64,000 nt of DNA from assembly GCA_964549685.1 (NCBI GenBank), contig CAZJVE010000002.1:82859-146858 (forward strand), in the 5' to 3' direction. The position numbers and the translations under genes were made by a program. This DNA comes from an uncultured archaeon (GTDB lineage: Archaea; Altiarchaeota; Altiarchaeia; IMC4; QMZM01). Below the pieces are notes generated by a model, which worked only from the letters and a program-made list of their open reading frames with translations, was not told the DNA's origin and did not search any database. Below are positions 18,663 to 27,882 of the stretch, in pieces. Numbering within the stretch: the first letter of the stretch is position 1; the number at the start of each line of letters is the position of its first letter.

Positions 18663-19535
18663 CTACGCCATCTCTTCAGCAATAGCATAGACCTTCTCCA
18701 GGTCGAAGATTGTCTTGTTGTCCTCGAAGAGCTTTTCTACGAGCTTGTGATGCACCTTCATCTTCAGCCCGCCGATTGCCAGCGCGCCGATTGCTGCCTT
18801 TCCTTCGAGGTCCTTGCAGTCGTCCTGAATGCCCACGCCCTCAATCCCTGCAGGGGGGACTGCATTCACGTCCGCAAGGACCTTCAGCTCGGGAAATTTC
18901 GACCATATTGATTTAGAAAGGACTAGAATCCCCTCGGGGCCTGTGGAAATTACAATATCTTTATCAGAAACCGCCTTCTCGGTGGATTCGTCGTCGGCAA
19001 CCTGCATCGGCTTTACATCCGCCCCGTACTTCTCCTTCATCAAGGCGCAGATTTGCGTGGCCCTCCCCTCCTTCCTGGATGTCAGCGTAACCTCGCAGCC
19101 CTCCTTTGTAAGGAGGACGGCCACCCTCTGTCCGACAGGGCCTGTTCCGGCGAGAATCACCGCCTTCTTTCCCTTCAAATTGCCGTCCATGGCGTGCTTG
19201 ACCTTTACCGCGCAGCCGCATGCCGTGGTATATGCGCCGTCGGGGTCGACTGCAATGGAAACTCTGAAGAAGTCGGGCAGCTCCTTGAATGCTTCCAGTG
19301 CCTTTTCGAGCATCTGCTCTCCGAGATTGACGTCATGGCCTCCAATGAACAGGGCGGTATTCTTCAGCTCGTCCGGGTGCCTGGTGAATACGCAGCTGTG
19401 CACCATGTCCCTTACATCGTCTGGGGCAATGTTGCAATAGGGGACGATGACGTCTGCTCCCGCATCATGGCCAACAATGAGGTCGAAGAGGCTGGCATAC
19501 TTCTCCGGGCTCAGGTAGGCGAGAATCTTTTTCAT
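18663..19535 (-). CDS. NAD(P)-dependent methylene-tetrahydromethanopterin/H4F dehydrogenase (MtdA/MtdB family)
   Basis: SLFD....DAGAD, FTR....KNTALFIGG, DPDGAYTTA, GTGPVG, DVNAVPPAGIEG, GALAIGGLK. Confidence 0.88.
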   Translation of the reverse strand: MKKILAYLSPEKYASLFDLIVGHDAGADVIVPYCNIAPDDVRDMVHSCVFTRHPDELKNTALFIGGHDVNLGEQMLEKALEAFKELPDFFRVSIAVDPDGAYTTACGCAVKVKHAMDGNLKGKKAVILAGTGPVGQRVAVLLTKEGCEVTLTSRKEGRATQICALMKEKYGADVKPMQVADDESTEKAVSDKDIVISTGPEGILVLSKSIWSKFPELKVLADVNAVPPAGIEGVGIQDDCKDLEGKAAIGALAIGGLKMKVHHKLVEKLFEDNKTIFDLEKVYAIAEEMA

Positions 19536-19615
19536 TGAATTAATACATGAGTTTGCAGGGTAAAAAATCATGCTGCAGGATTAGTTTTTAATCTGCTCTC
19601 CAATAGATTTATACC

Positions 19616-20137
19616 ATGGATTTGGGAATCATCTACAGCAACATGGACCTCGTGATGAAGATAGTTTACAGCGTTCTGGTCCTCATAGGCGCGAAGTTTG
19701 TGATAATCCTGCTGAGGCCGACCATGAGGAAGCTTGACGGCCATATCGGCGAGGTCGACCTCACGGAGAGCACGCACAAGCTGATAGAGAACGTAATCCA
19801 CTACGGCATATATATGGCTGCGGTGGTCGTAATCCTCTACATCTTCGGGCTTAAGGACGCCTTCTATGGGGTTCTTACCGGTGGAGCAGTATTCGGCTTC
19901 GCCATCGGCTACGCCGCCCAGGATATCGTCTCCAACATGCTCTCAGGGGTTATGATAGCCGTCGACAAGCCATTCAAGATAGGGGACAGGATAATGGCTG
20001 CCGGCATAACCGGAGTTGTGAAAGACATAACCCTCAGAACGACCGAGATGAAGACCGATGACGGCGTTAAGGTCGTGGTCCCGAACTCTAACCTGCTAAA
20101 GAGTCCCATACACAACTACGGCAGGAAGAAGAAGTAA
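19616..20137 (+). CDS. mscS: Small-conductance mechanosensitive channel (MscS family)
   Basis: GFAIGYAAQDIVSNMLSG, KPFKIGD, VVVPNS. Confidence 0.88.
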   Translation: MDLGIIYSNMDLVMKIVYSVLVLIGAKFVIILLRPTMRKLDGHIGEVDLTESTHKLIENVIHYGIYMAAVVVILYIFGLKDAFYGVLTGGAVFGFAIGYAAQDIVSNMLSGVMIAVDKPFKIGDRIMAAGITGVVKDITLRTTEMKTDDGVKVVVPNSNLLKSPIHNYGRKKK

Positions 20138-20138
20138 A

Positions 20139-21575
20139 ATGCAGGACAAGATATTGGACATCTCGAGGAGGAGGGGGATAATCTATCCCTCCTTTGAAAT
20201 CTACGGCGGGCTTGCGGGATTCTACGACTATGGTCCTGTCGGAAAGAGAATAAAGGAGAACGTCGAGAACCTGATAAGAGAATTCTATGTCATTGACGAG
20301 GGCTTCATGGAGGTCGAGTGCCCTACTCTCTCGCCCGAAGAGGTGTGGGTTGCCTCCGGGCACGTGGAGAACTTCGCAGACCTGATGACGGAGTGCAAGA
20401 AGTGCGGCGCACCATACAGGGCGGACCACCTCGTGGAGGCGCACCTCAAGAAGGCAGTCGACGGCCTCGGCATCAAGGAGCTTGAGACCCTGATAGAAAA
20501 GGAGAAAATCAGCTGTCCCAAATGCAGGGGCGAGCTTGACAAAGTTTATAACTATAATCTGATGTTCCAGACCTTCGTTGGCCCTGGCAAGGAGAAGAAG
20601 ACCTCCTACCTCCGGCCTGAAACCGCGCAGACCACATACCTCGCCTTCAGGCGGCTCTGGGAAATCGGCAGGAAGAAGCTCCCCCTCGGAGTGCTGCAGA
20701 TTGGCCGCTCGTTCAGGAACGAGATATCGCCGAGGCAGGGCGTTATAAGGTTGCGGGAGTTCAACCAGGCGGAGATTCAGATTTTCGTGGACCCCGATGA
20801 AAAGGACACCGAGGAATTCAAAAATGTTTCTAAGATAAAGGTTAGAATTCTCGACAAGAATGATAAAGAGTCCGATATGACTCTTGGCGATGCCGTCAAG
20901 AAGAAGATAATAGAGTCAAGGCTCATTGCATATCACCTGGGCAGGGCGCTGCAGCTGTTCGAGGCCATGGGGATAGACGGCAAGAGGCTGAAGCTCAGGC
21001 AGCATAGAGATGAGGAAAGGGCATTCTATTCGACCGATACCTGGGACGTTGAGTTCCAGTCCGAGCAGTTCGGCCGGGTCGAGCTTGTTGGAATATCGGA
21101 CAGGACAGACTATGATTTGAAGGCACATCAGGACCTCAGCGGCCAGAGCATGGAGGTCAATCTGGAGGGCAAAAGATTCATACCCCACGTCATTGAGATA
21201 GCATACGGGGTCGACAGGCCGGTTTACTGCGCGGTTGAGTCATGCTATGCCGAGGATGACAGGGGCGCATACTTCAAATTCCCAAGGAGAACGGCACCCT
21301 ACCAGGTGGCAGTCTTCCCTCTTGTTAACAAGGACAAAATTCCCGAGAAAGCAAGAGAAATTTTCAATTCCCTGAAAAAGGCCAGGATATTCTCTCTTTA
21401 CGATAGAGGGGGAAGCATAGGCCGAAGATACGCAAGAGCGGACGAGATAGGAATCCCTGCCTGCATAACGGTAGATTATGATACTCTGGAGGACGATACG
21501 GTGACCGTCAGGGAAAGGGATTCCAAGAAGCAGGAGAGAGTAAAGATAGAGGAACTCTCTAAGCACATTTTATGA
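20139..21575 (+). CDS. glyS: Glycine--tRNA ligase (alpha2 type)
   Basis: IYGGLAGFYDYGP, YLRPETAQ, FRNEISPRQG, SIGRRYARADEIG. Confidence 0.95.
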   Translation: MQDKILDISRRRGIIYPSFEIYGGLAGFYDYGPVGKRIKENVENLIREFYVIDEGFMEVECPTLSPEEVWVASGHVENFADLMTECKKCGAPYRADHLVEAHLKKAVDGLGIKELETLIEKEKISCPKCRGELDKVYNYNLMFQTFVGPGKEKKTSYLRPETAQTTYLAFRRLWEIGRKKLPLGVLQIGRSFRNEISPRQGVIRLREFNQAEIQIFVDPDEKDTEEFKNVSKIKVRILDKNDKESDMTLGDAVKKKIIESRLIAYHLGRALQLFEAMGIDGKRLKLRQHRDEERAFYSTDTWDVEFQSEQFGRVELVGISDRTDYDLKAHQDLSGQSMEVNLEGKRFIPHVIEIAYGVDRPVYCAVESCYAEDDRGAYFKFPRRTAPYQVAVFPLVNKDKIPEKAREIFNSLKKARIFSLYDRGGSIGRRYARADEIGIPACITVDYDTLEDDTVTVRERDSKKQERVKIEELSKHIL

Positions 21576-22329
21576 AGATTTCGTCGTACAGGCTTTCCTG
21601 CTCGAGCTTCACTCGCTGGTTGTTTGACAGGTACAGCAGCGAAAGGAACAGGGATATCTTTTCCTCGAGGTTGCCGGCCATCTCCGAGAAGAGGGCCACG
21701 TCCTTTGTAGACAGGATGTCCCTCACCCTCTGGTAGGTCTCCTCTATCAGCTCGGTTATGTTGGCGGTAAGCGCGATTTCGAGCTCCTTCTTCCCGTTGC
21801 CGTTTCCGTTGCCTTCCTTCTTCAGCTTCTGCTTGAGAGTCTTTTCCTCCAGGACCCCCTGGATTGCGTTAATCAGCTCGACTGCGGTTACCCTTCTTTT
21901 CACAATCCTCTTTGGCTTGACGTGTATTGGAAGGCCGTCGTCGCCCTCAATCTCCCTCTTGAGCTTGTCTCCTGCAGAGGAAAAGGCCGAGGGGTCTAAT
22001 TCACCGAACAGGTCGAAGTCCCCCTCAAGGAACTCGGGCATGAACTCGTCCATGCTTATCGGAATGTTGCCGACTATGTCGGCCTTCATTCGCAGGAGAA
22101 CGGCGGTGACAATGACTACGTTAGCGGGAATCGTGAAGTTCATGTCTTTCATCTGCTCGACCTTGGAGGCGTATTCGGTAGCAAGCTCGGATATGTCGAT
22201 GTCCCAGGGGTCCATCTGGCCAATCACTTCATAGAGGGTGTCCTTCCAGAACGAGCTTTCCATCATTCCGTGCGGGAATGATGTTTTGTGAATCTCCTGA
22301 TTTGCGATATTGGCGTCGGTCGCGACCAT
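21559..22329 (-). CDS. scpA: Segregation and condensation protein A (kleisin)
   Basis: MDPWDIDI, AVLLRMKA, R.VT..ELI, FLSLLYL....V.LEQ. Confidence 0.85.
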   Translation of the reverse strand: MVATDANIANQEIHKTSFPHGMMESSFWKDTLYEVIGQMDPWDIDISELATEYASKVEQMKDMNFTIPANVVIVTAVLLRMKADIVGNIPISMDEFMPEFLEGDFDLFGELDPSAFSSAGDKLKREIEGDDGLPIHVKPKRIVKRRVTAVELINAIQGVLEEKTLKQKLKKEGNGNGNGKKELEIALTANITELIEETYQRVRDILSTKDVALFSEMAGNLEEKISLFLSLLYLSNNQRVKLEQESLYDEIFIKCA

Positions 22330-22371
22330 TTTGGTGGTATTAGTGATAAGGTCGATTCGGGTTTAAATACA

Positions 22372-22524
22372 TTACGGTTTTTCCTCGCTCAGGATAGCGA
22401 TTACGTTCCTGCCCAGCCACTTCAGCGGGACGGTTATGTGTGCCCCGGTGCCGAACTCCTTGGCCTTCTTCTTGCGCACGTCGCTGATTCCTATGTCCAC
22501 CCGGACGATATCACCCTTTCTCAT
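22372..22524 (-). CDS. DUF2080-like small AbrB-fold protein (not in the ORF track)
   Basis: 50 aa MRKGDIVRVDIGISDVRKKKAKEFGTGAHITVPLKWLGRNVIAILSEEKP; FG.GAH..VP..W.G..V pattern. Confidence 0.75.
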   Translation of the reverse strand: MRKGDIVRVDIGISDVRKKKAKEFGTGAHITVPLKWLGRNVIAILSEEKP

Positions 22525-22637
22525 TATATATATTTATATATATCTAAGTATAAAAAGGTTTTGGTTTTTGCGGATTTGTACAAGAAGTGAATCCGAAAGG
22601 GATTAATACCTATGAGGCAAATACTTTAATGCTTAAA

Positions 22638-24848
22638 ATGAAGTACGGGCTCTTGATACTGCTGGTGGTGTTATCACAGGTTGCGGTGGTAGACTCGAAT
22701 GTTATAATCAATGAAGTGATGTACAATCCGAACCAGTGCACCGACTCGTATTGTGAATGGATTGAGCTGTATAATCCCACCGCATCAGCCGTGGATGTGA
22801 GTGGATGGGGCCTGTCGGATGATACTGCGACTGACACATTAGAGGGAACCAACACAGTTATTCCCGCCTATGGGTATGCAATAATAACGGATAAAACGAC
22901 CTACGTCTACAGCTACTTTAACGTTAATGCATCGGCTATCAGACTCACCGTTGATGACGAGAGCATCGGCAACGGACTTGGTAACAGTGGCGAGAGCATA
23001 GGGATATCGTCAGGCAACTACTCCGATTCAATGACATATTACGGTAATGAACTGGCAGGATATTCAACCGAAAAAATAGGGTCCAGCTGGACGGAGAGCG
23101 TCGCACTGGGCGGAACTCCAGGTTCGGCCAATGGGGCCGCAGCGACAACCACCTCCACGACAACAACCACAACGACATCGTCCACGACAACAACCAGCGT
23201 CCCAATCGCAGCCGTAATAATCAACGAAATAATGTATGACCCAAACCAGTGCAGCGATACATACTGTGAGTGGATAGAGCTCTACAACCCCACAGGCTCG
23301 TCGGTTAATATTTCCAACTGGACTATCTCAGATGACAGTGCAACCGATACCCTGATGGGGACCACCATGGTCATCCCGGCCTATGGTTATGCCATAATCA
23401 CGGACGTCACCAACAATGTCTACAGCAGCTTCAACGTTAGTGCATCCGCTATCCGGCTTACGGTGGATGATGAGAGCATCGGCAACGGATTAGGTAACAC
23501 AATCGGAGAAACCATAACTCTGTCCTATAGTACGTATTCTGACTCGGTAAGTTATTCCATAGGGGGTACACCGGGATATTCTGTCGAGAAAACAGGCTCT
23601 GGCTGGGCTCAGAGTGCCGTAGATGGCGGCACGCCGGGCAGCGCAAACAGCGGAACGACTACGACGACCACTACCACAACAACGACCGCTGCAAGCACGT
23701 CTACGACAACAGCCCCTGCTACGACGTCCACTACAACAAGCACGTCTACGACGGTGACTGGTACGACCACCACGAGCACATCCACGACCGTAACCAGTAC
23801 GACATCTACCACGAGCACGTCTACGACTGTGACTAGCACGACATCCACTACGAGCACATCCACGACAGTGACTGGTACAACAACCACGTCCACTACAAGC
23901 ACGTCCACGACAGTAACTGGCACAACAACCACGTCCACTACGACCACCACAACGACCAGCACGACCACAACGATATCCGGAGAGCTGGAGGTAACATCGG
24001 CACAGGCCTCCCTGGGCGAAACGGTTACAGTCGATATAAGGGTTAACAGCGCCCCCAATGAAGTTAGTGCATTTGGATTCGACTTAACATATGATGGAGA
24101 CGTCCTCCTGTATCAGGCTTATTGGAACGGGAGCATTATCGAGGGCTATGATTACCTTGGCGTGAATGACATCTCACTAGATACGGTCAGGGTCGGCGCA
24201 TTTACGACCCAGAACGCAATACAGGCCGGAGAATCCGGAAGCATTTTGGAAGTGGACTTCACAGTCGTAGGCTGCTATAATATCTCACTTGGGCTGACAA
24301 ACCTTGTGGATGATGTTTCCTCCTGGGAAGTAAGCAATGGGACCTTTACCTGTACGGGGGCCGCTACAACGACTACCTCCACCACCACAACATCCTCAAC
24401 AACCACGACACTGGATGGCGTGGTTGAATACATAGATATAGGGGACTCTGAATTCTTCCCCAATCCCATGCCCATAGTGTTGGGAAGGTATGTAAGATGG
24501 ATCAACTTTGATGCAATCCCGCACCAGGTAATGATGGATTCGGGTCAGGGCATAGACTATACGAGTGCGGTATTATCCCAGTATCAGGAATCAACAGTCC
24601 TGCTGATAAATGATACAGGCACCTACACCTATCACTGTCACCTGCATCCTGAAATGACCGGCACAATCGAAGTCAACGCTGAAACCACGACCACCCTTGG
24701 AGAATGTCTTACCGGAGACCTCGACTGCGATGGAACAGTGGGTTTGGACGAGGTAGTGGACGTGATTACCCTTTGGACGGAGGGCCAGGCCCTTCTCAGC
24801 GAGGTAGTAGAGGCCATAACCAACTGGGAGGCGCAGGCGGGGGGCTAG
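22638..24848 (+). CDS. Secreted non-catalytic protein: lamin-tail domain x2, long Thr linker, cohesin-like domain, cupredoxin-like domain, dockerin-like C-terminus
   Basis: VIINE.MY.P...EWIELYNP twice; GETVTVDIRV...FGFDLTYD; YHCHLHPEMTGTIEV; CLTGDLDCDGTVGLDEVVDVITLW. Confidence 0.85.
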   Translation: MKYGLLILLVVLSQVAVVDSNVIINEVMYNPNQCTDSYCEWIELYNPTASAVDVSGWGLSDDTATDTLEGTNTVIPAYGYAIITDKTTYVYSYFNVNASAIRLTVDDESIGNGLGNSGESIGISSGNYSDSMTYYGNELAGYSTEKIGSSWTESVALGGTPGSANGAAATTTSTTTTTTTSSTTTTSVPIAAVIINEIMYDPNQCSDTYCEWIELYNPTGSSVNISNWTISDDSATDTLMGTTMVIPAYGYAIITDVTNNVYSSFNVSASAIRLTVDDESIGNGLGNTIGETITLSYSTYSDSVSYSIGGTPGYSVEKTGSGWAQSAVDGGTPGSANSGTTTTTTTTTTTAASTSTTTAPATTSTTTSTSTTVTGTTTTSTSTTVTSTTSTTSTSTTVTSTTSTTSTSTTVTGTTTTSTTSTSTTVTGTTTTSTTTTTTTSTTTTISGELEVTSAQASLGETVTVDIRVNSAPNEVSAFGFDLTYDGDVLLYQAYWNGSIIEGYDYLGVNDISLDTVRVGAFTTQNAIQAGESGSILEVDFTVVGCYNISLGLTNLVDDVSSWEVSNGTFTCTGAATTTTSTTTTSSTTTTLDGVVEYIDIGDSEFFPNPMPIVLGRYVRWINFDAIPHQVMMDSGQGIDYTSAVLSQYQESTVLLINDTGTYTYHCHLHPEMTGTIEVNAETTTTLGECLTGDLDCDGTVGLDEVVDVITLWTEGQALLSEVVEAITNWEAQAGG

Positions 24849-24867
24849 TTCTTGCGGGACGAAAACC

Positions 24868-26187
24868 CTATATGACCTTGTCTTCTCTCAGCACCGACAG
24901 CAGATTCAGCACCGAATAGGATGCCCGGGTTATGCCCATGCTCCTCTTCTCGGTGTCGGTGCCGACGAGATAGATGCCGTCAACCGGGGTTTTGATTCCC
25001 GTGAATTTTGTGTTGATTGTCCATGCTGCCTTCTCGGGCACAAGGATTTGGTAGTGTGTCATGTCCTCGCTCTTTTCAAGCCCCGGCTTTACGTCAAATA
25101 TTGCAGCCAGCGCCCTTTTTTTCTCCTTCTCCGGCTTGTAGTTTTCGGGCAGCCTGAACGCGAAGCCGACGAGCTGCTTTCCTTTTGGAGCGAGAGAGGA
25201 GTCATAGTTTGATACGGGCACGGCCCAGGTGTAGGGATTGGAATCCACCCATATCTCGGAACCGTCCCTCTTGAATGCCTGCTCGTTCAGGCCGAGCCAT
25301 ATTGTGAGGGCGTCCGCCCTGTGCGATTCCTTGAGGGAGCCCCCGTACTCTTTCGGAAGGTCTTTGATGATTCCCGGCAGCTCCGACGCAAACCCGGAGT
25401 AGATTACGGTCTCCGCGGAATACTCGGCCTTGTCGGTGAGAATCTTCTTCTTCCCGCCTGAGCCCTCTATCTTCTTTACTTCCTCGTTAGTCTTAATCTC
25501 AACCTTCCCATCAGGCATCGACGACAGGACGGAATTCGTTATGGACTGTATTCCTCCCCTGGGGTAGAACTGGTCCGTTGCGCCCTCCTTCATAAGGACG
25601 TTGTAGAGCTTGTCAAGGATGTTCTTGGAGCGGCTCTTGTAGTGTTCTGCATCGAGGAACCTGGCAACCGGGGTCTCCTTCATCGACGTCCCGGTCATGA
25701 AGTAGGACAGGCAGTTAAGGAACCTCGTGGTGGATTCGCTGAGGTTGTTCCCGATGAGGTCCCCAACGGACTTTTTGGACAGATCCTCCCCCGACTTGAA
25801 GAGATATGATATCGAGAATAGAGCGGATACAAGATGCAGCCTGTCAACCGGAGGGATTAAATCGAAGTTGAACCAGCCCTGCAGGTTCCAGGGGAATGGC
25901 TTTACTTTGTTGTTCAGCCTGACGTAATAGCGGCCGTGGGGAACAAAATTCGGGACGACATCGAAATAGCTATCCATCAGCTCACGCAGCGGGCCGTTCT
26001 CAACCCTCGTTATTATGTGCGGCCCGGTATCCACTTGATAACCGTCGACGTCATAGGACCTGCATACTCCTCCGATGTCGGGGCTCTTCTCAAGGACCAA
26101 TACATTCCTTCCCTCCTTTGCCAATGCAAGCGAGGTCAAAAGCCCGCTGATTCCAGCGCCCACAACAACGATTCTGTCCTTATCCAT
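24868..26187 (-). CDS. FAD-dependent oxidoreductase, phytoene dehydrogenase/amine oxidase-like
   Basis: VVGAGISGL...VLEK...GG; DTGPH; YPRGGIQ; TPVDGIYLVG. Confidence 0.8.
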   Translation of the reverse strand: MDKDRIVVVGAGISGLLTSLALAKEGRNVLVLEKSPDIGGVCRSYDVDGYQVDTGPHIITRVENGPLRELMDSYFDVVPNFVPHGRYYVRLNNKVKPFPWNLQGWFNFDLIPPVDRLHLVSALFSISYLFKSGEDLSKKSVGDLIGNNLSESTTRFLNCLSYFMTGTSMKETPVARFLDAEHYKSRSKNILDKLYNVLMKEGATDQFYPRGGIQSITNSVLSSMPDGKVEIKTNEEVKKIEGSGGKKKILTDKAEYSAETVIYSGFASELPGIIKDLPKEYGGSLKESHRADALTIWLGLNEQAFKRDGSEIWVDSNPYTWAVPVSNYDSSLAPKGKQLVGFAFRLPENYKPEKEKKRALAAIFDVKPGLEKSEDMTHYQILVPEKAAWTINTKFTGIKTPVDGIYLVGTDTEKRSMGITRASYSVLNLLSVLREDKVI

Positions 26188-26188
26188 C

Positions 26189-27157
26189 TTACAACACAAA
26201 GGAAATCGCAATAACACCAAAGAGGAATTCTATCAGGATGAGAATCAAAACGAGGTCCTTCTCAGTAACCCCGCCGGTCAGCTTCATTATCCACTGGCAG
26301 AGGCTTACCGGCCTCTCCGGACTGAAGAGCTTACCGTCCCTGTACCGGCCCCACCAGCCCTTGCTCGGGAACCCGTTCTTCGCCTTTATGAAAAAGTCTA
26401 TGATGTAGGGGAGCAGGACTATGGTCCCGAGGGTCTCGAAATTTCCTATTATTACCGCGGATGCGATTACTGCGCCAACCGTCAGGGTCCCTATGTCACC
26501 TATCAGAACCCTTGAGGGATACCAGTTGAAGAACAGGAACGCGGCAAGTGCGCCGCACATGGACAGCAGCAGAATCAGGGCCTCGTCGCTGCCGAGCCGG
26601 AAGGCGACAAAGGCGAGAGAGAGGCAGGCAACCAGGCCCATCCCCGCCTCCGAGCCGTTGAAGCCCGCCAGCATGTTAGTGACATTGGACGCCCCCGCAA
26701 TCCCGATGGGGATGAGAATCAGCGCATAGAAGATTCCGAATTCCACCGGGCCTATGAACGGGAACGTCATCGTTGTGACCCCCGCCTTTACGGCCGCCAG
26801 GGGGAGTGCCGCAAAGAGCGGCAGGACAGCCTTTATGCCCTGGTGCATCGCAAACAGATCGTCGAATATCCCGACCAGGGCCATGAGCAGTATCGTCGAT
26901 AATGCAGCCAGAAGATACGCCAGCTTGAAGCCATTGCCAAACGCATGAAACGAGGTAAAGAGCGCAACGGCAATAAGAATCCCGGCAGTCAGCCCGAATA
27001 CTATGCCGAACCCGCCCATCTCCGGAACCTCTGGTTGAGATGGTTTGTTCACATCCTTTCCCACCAGACCGGCCCTCCGCAGCTTCGGTATTATCCAGGG
27101 CGTCGAGACGAACGTCACGAGGAATGATGCCAGAAGAACCGGCAGGAATTCATACAT
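26189..27157 (-). CDS. UDP-GlcNAc:dolichyl-phosphate GlcNAc-1-phosphotransferase (AglH/GPT, MraY-like family)
   Basis: GKDVNKP..PEVPEMGG, GIFDD, NMLAGFNG, FNWYPSRVLIGDIG. Confidence 0.85.
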   Translation of the reverse strand: MYEFLPVLLASFLVTFVSTPWIIPKLRRAGLVGKDVNKPSQPEVPEMGGFGIVFGLTAGILIAVALFTSFHAFGNGFKLAYLLAALSTILLMALVGIFDDLFAMHQGIKAVLPLFAALPLAAVKAGVTTMTFPFIGPVEFGIFYALILIPIGIAGASNVTNMLAGFNGSEAGMGLVACLSLAFVAFRLGSDEALILLLSMCGALAAFLFFNWYPSRVLIGDIGTLTVGAVIASAVIIGNFETLGTIVLLPYIIDFFIKAKNGFPSKGWWGRYRDGKLFSPERPVSLCQWIMKLTGGVTEKDLVLILILIEFLFGVIAISFVL

Positions 27158-27205
27158 CTTGAAATTACATATTAATTTCTAATACTAAATAATAGGTATC
27201 TCCAT

Positions 27206-27330
27206 GCGACCATAGTGTAGTCTGGCTATCACTCTGGCTTGCCAACAGCCCTTTTCCGCCTTCGGCGCAAAAGCGTTGACGGAAAAACGGCAAACAGCCA
27301 GTGACTCGGGTTCAAATCCCGGTGGTCGCA
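27206..27330 (+). tRNA. tRNA-Gly(GCC) with a 51-nt intron at position 37/38 (27245-27295)
   Basis: Acceptor GCGACCA/TGGTCGC; anticodon stem CTGGC/GCCAG; T-loop TTCAAAT; BHB central helix TTGC/GCAA. Confidence 0.92.
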
Positions 27331-27368
27331 AACTATTGTTTCAGTCTTGAATTCACCAGCAGAATTTC

Positions 27369-27665
27369 CTAGCGTCTAGACTTCTCGCTTTTCCTGCCCT
27401 CTTCCATCGCCCAGCGCTTTGCCTCAATCATGGCTTCCTCTGCAGTCGGGAAGTCCTTCAGCTTCACGTTCCAGCAGCCCTTCTTCCTGTACCTGTTCGA
27501 TTTGTTGCATGCCCTGCAGCGGAACATTATCTCTCCCTGCGTGACCTGTATCCTGCCGCAGTGCCCGCACATCGCTGTCTTGTAGGGCAGTAGTTTCTTA
27601 TCCGGCGCTGCTTTTTTCTTACCTGCAAATACCATGCCCATGATGGTTGATGGTTCGTCGGTCAT
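27369..27665 (-). CDS. Small Zn-finger protein (CxxC...CxxC)
   Basis: CGHCG...FRCRACNK; start overlaps the upstream stop (ATGA). Confidence 0.65.
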   Translation of the reverse strand: MTDEPSTIMGMVFAGKKKAAPDKKLLPYKTAMCGHCGRIQVTQGEIMFRCRACNKSNRYRKKGCWNVKLKDFPTAEEAMIEAKRWAMEEGRKSEKSRR

Positions 27666-27790
27666 TTTTTGCTCACGGCAATGACGTGGGCCCTCATCGT
27701 GCCCCCGCAGGGGCATTTCTTCTCGACAAATGAGGGATTATCTATATCCTCCGTAAATCCACACTCTTGGCACTCGAACTTGAATTTCAC
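27662..27790 (-). CDS. Small Zn-ribbon protein (not in the ORF track)
   Basis: 42 aa MKFKFECQECGF...KKCPCGGTM...; GTG start with GGGGT upstream; coupled to the next ORF. Confidence 0.6.
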   Translation of the reverse strand: MKFKFECQECGFTEDIDNPSFVEKKCPCGGTMRAHVIAVSKK

Positions 27791-27882
27791 AATCAAAATA
27801 CCCCCATTTGTTTCGTTTTATTATCTTATAATTAATAATTATTAATAATTACAAAAGCAATAATCATTAATTGTTACAAGAG

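Noticed and set aside
23655-23975. Tandem nucleotide repeats resembling an array
   Set aside because: Degenerate in-frame Thr/Ser codon repeats without unique spacers; not CRISPR, and no cas genes are in the window
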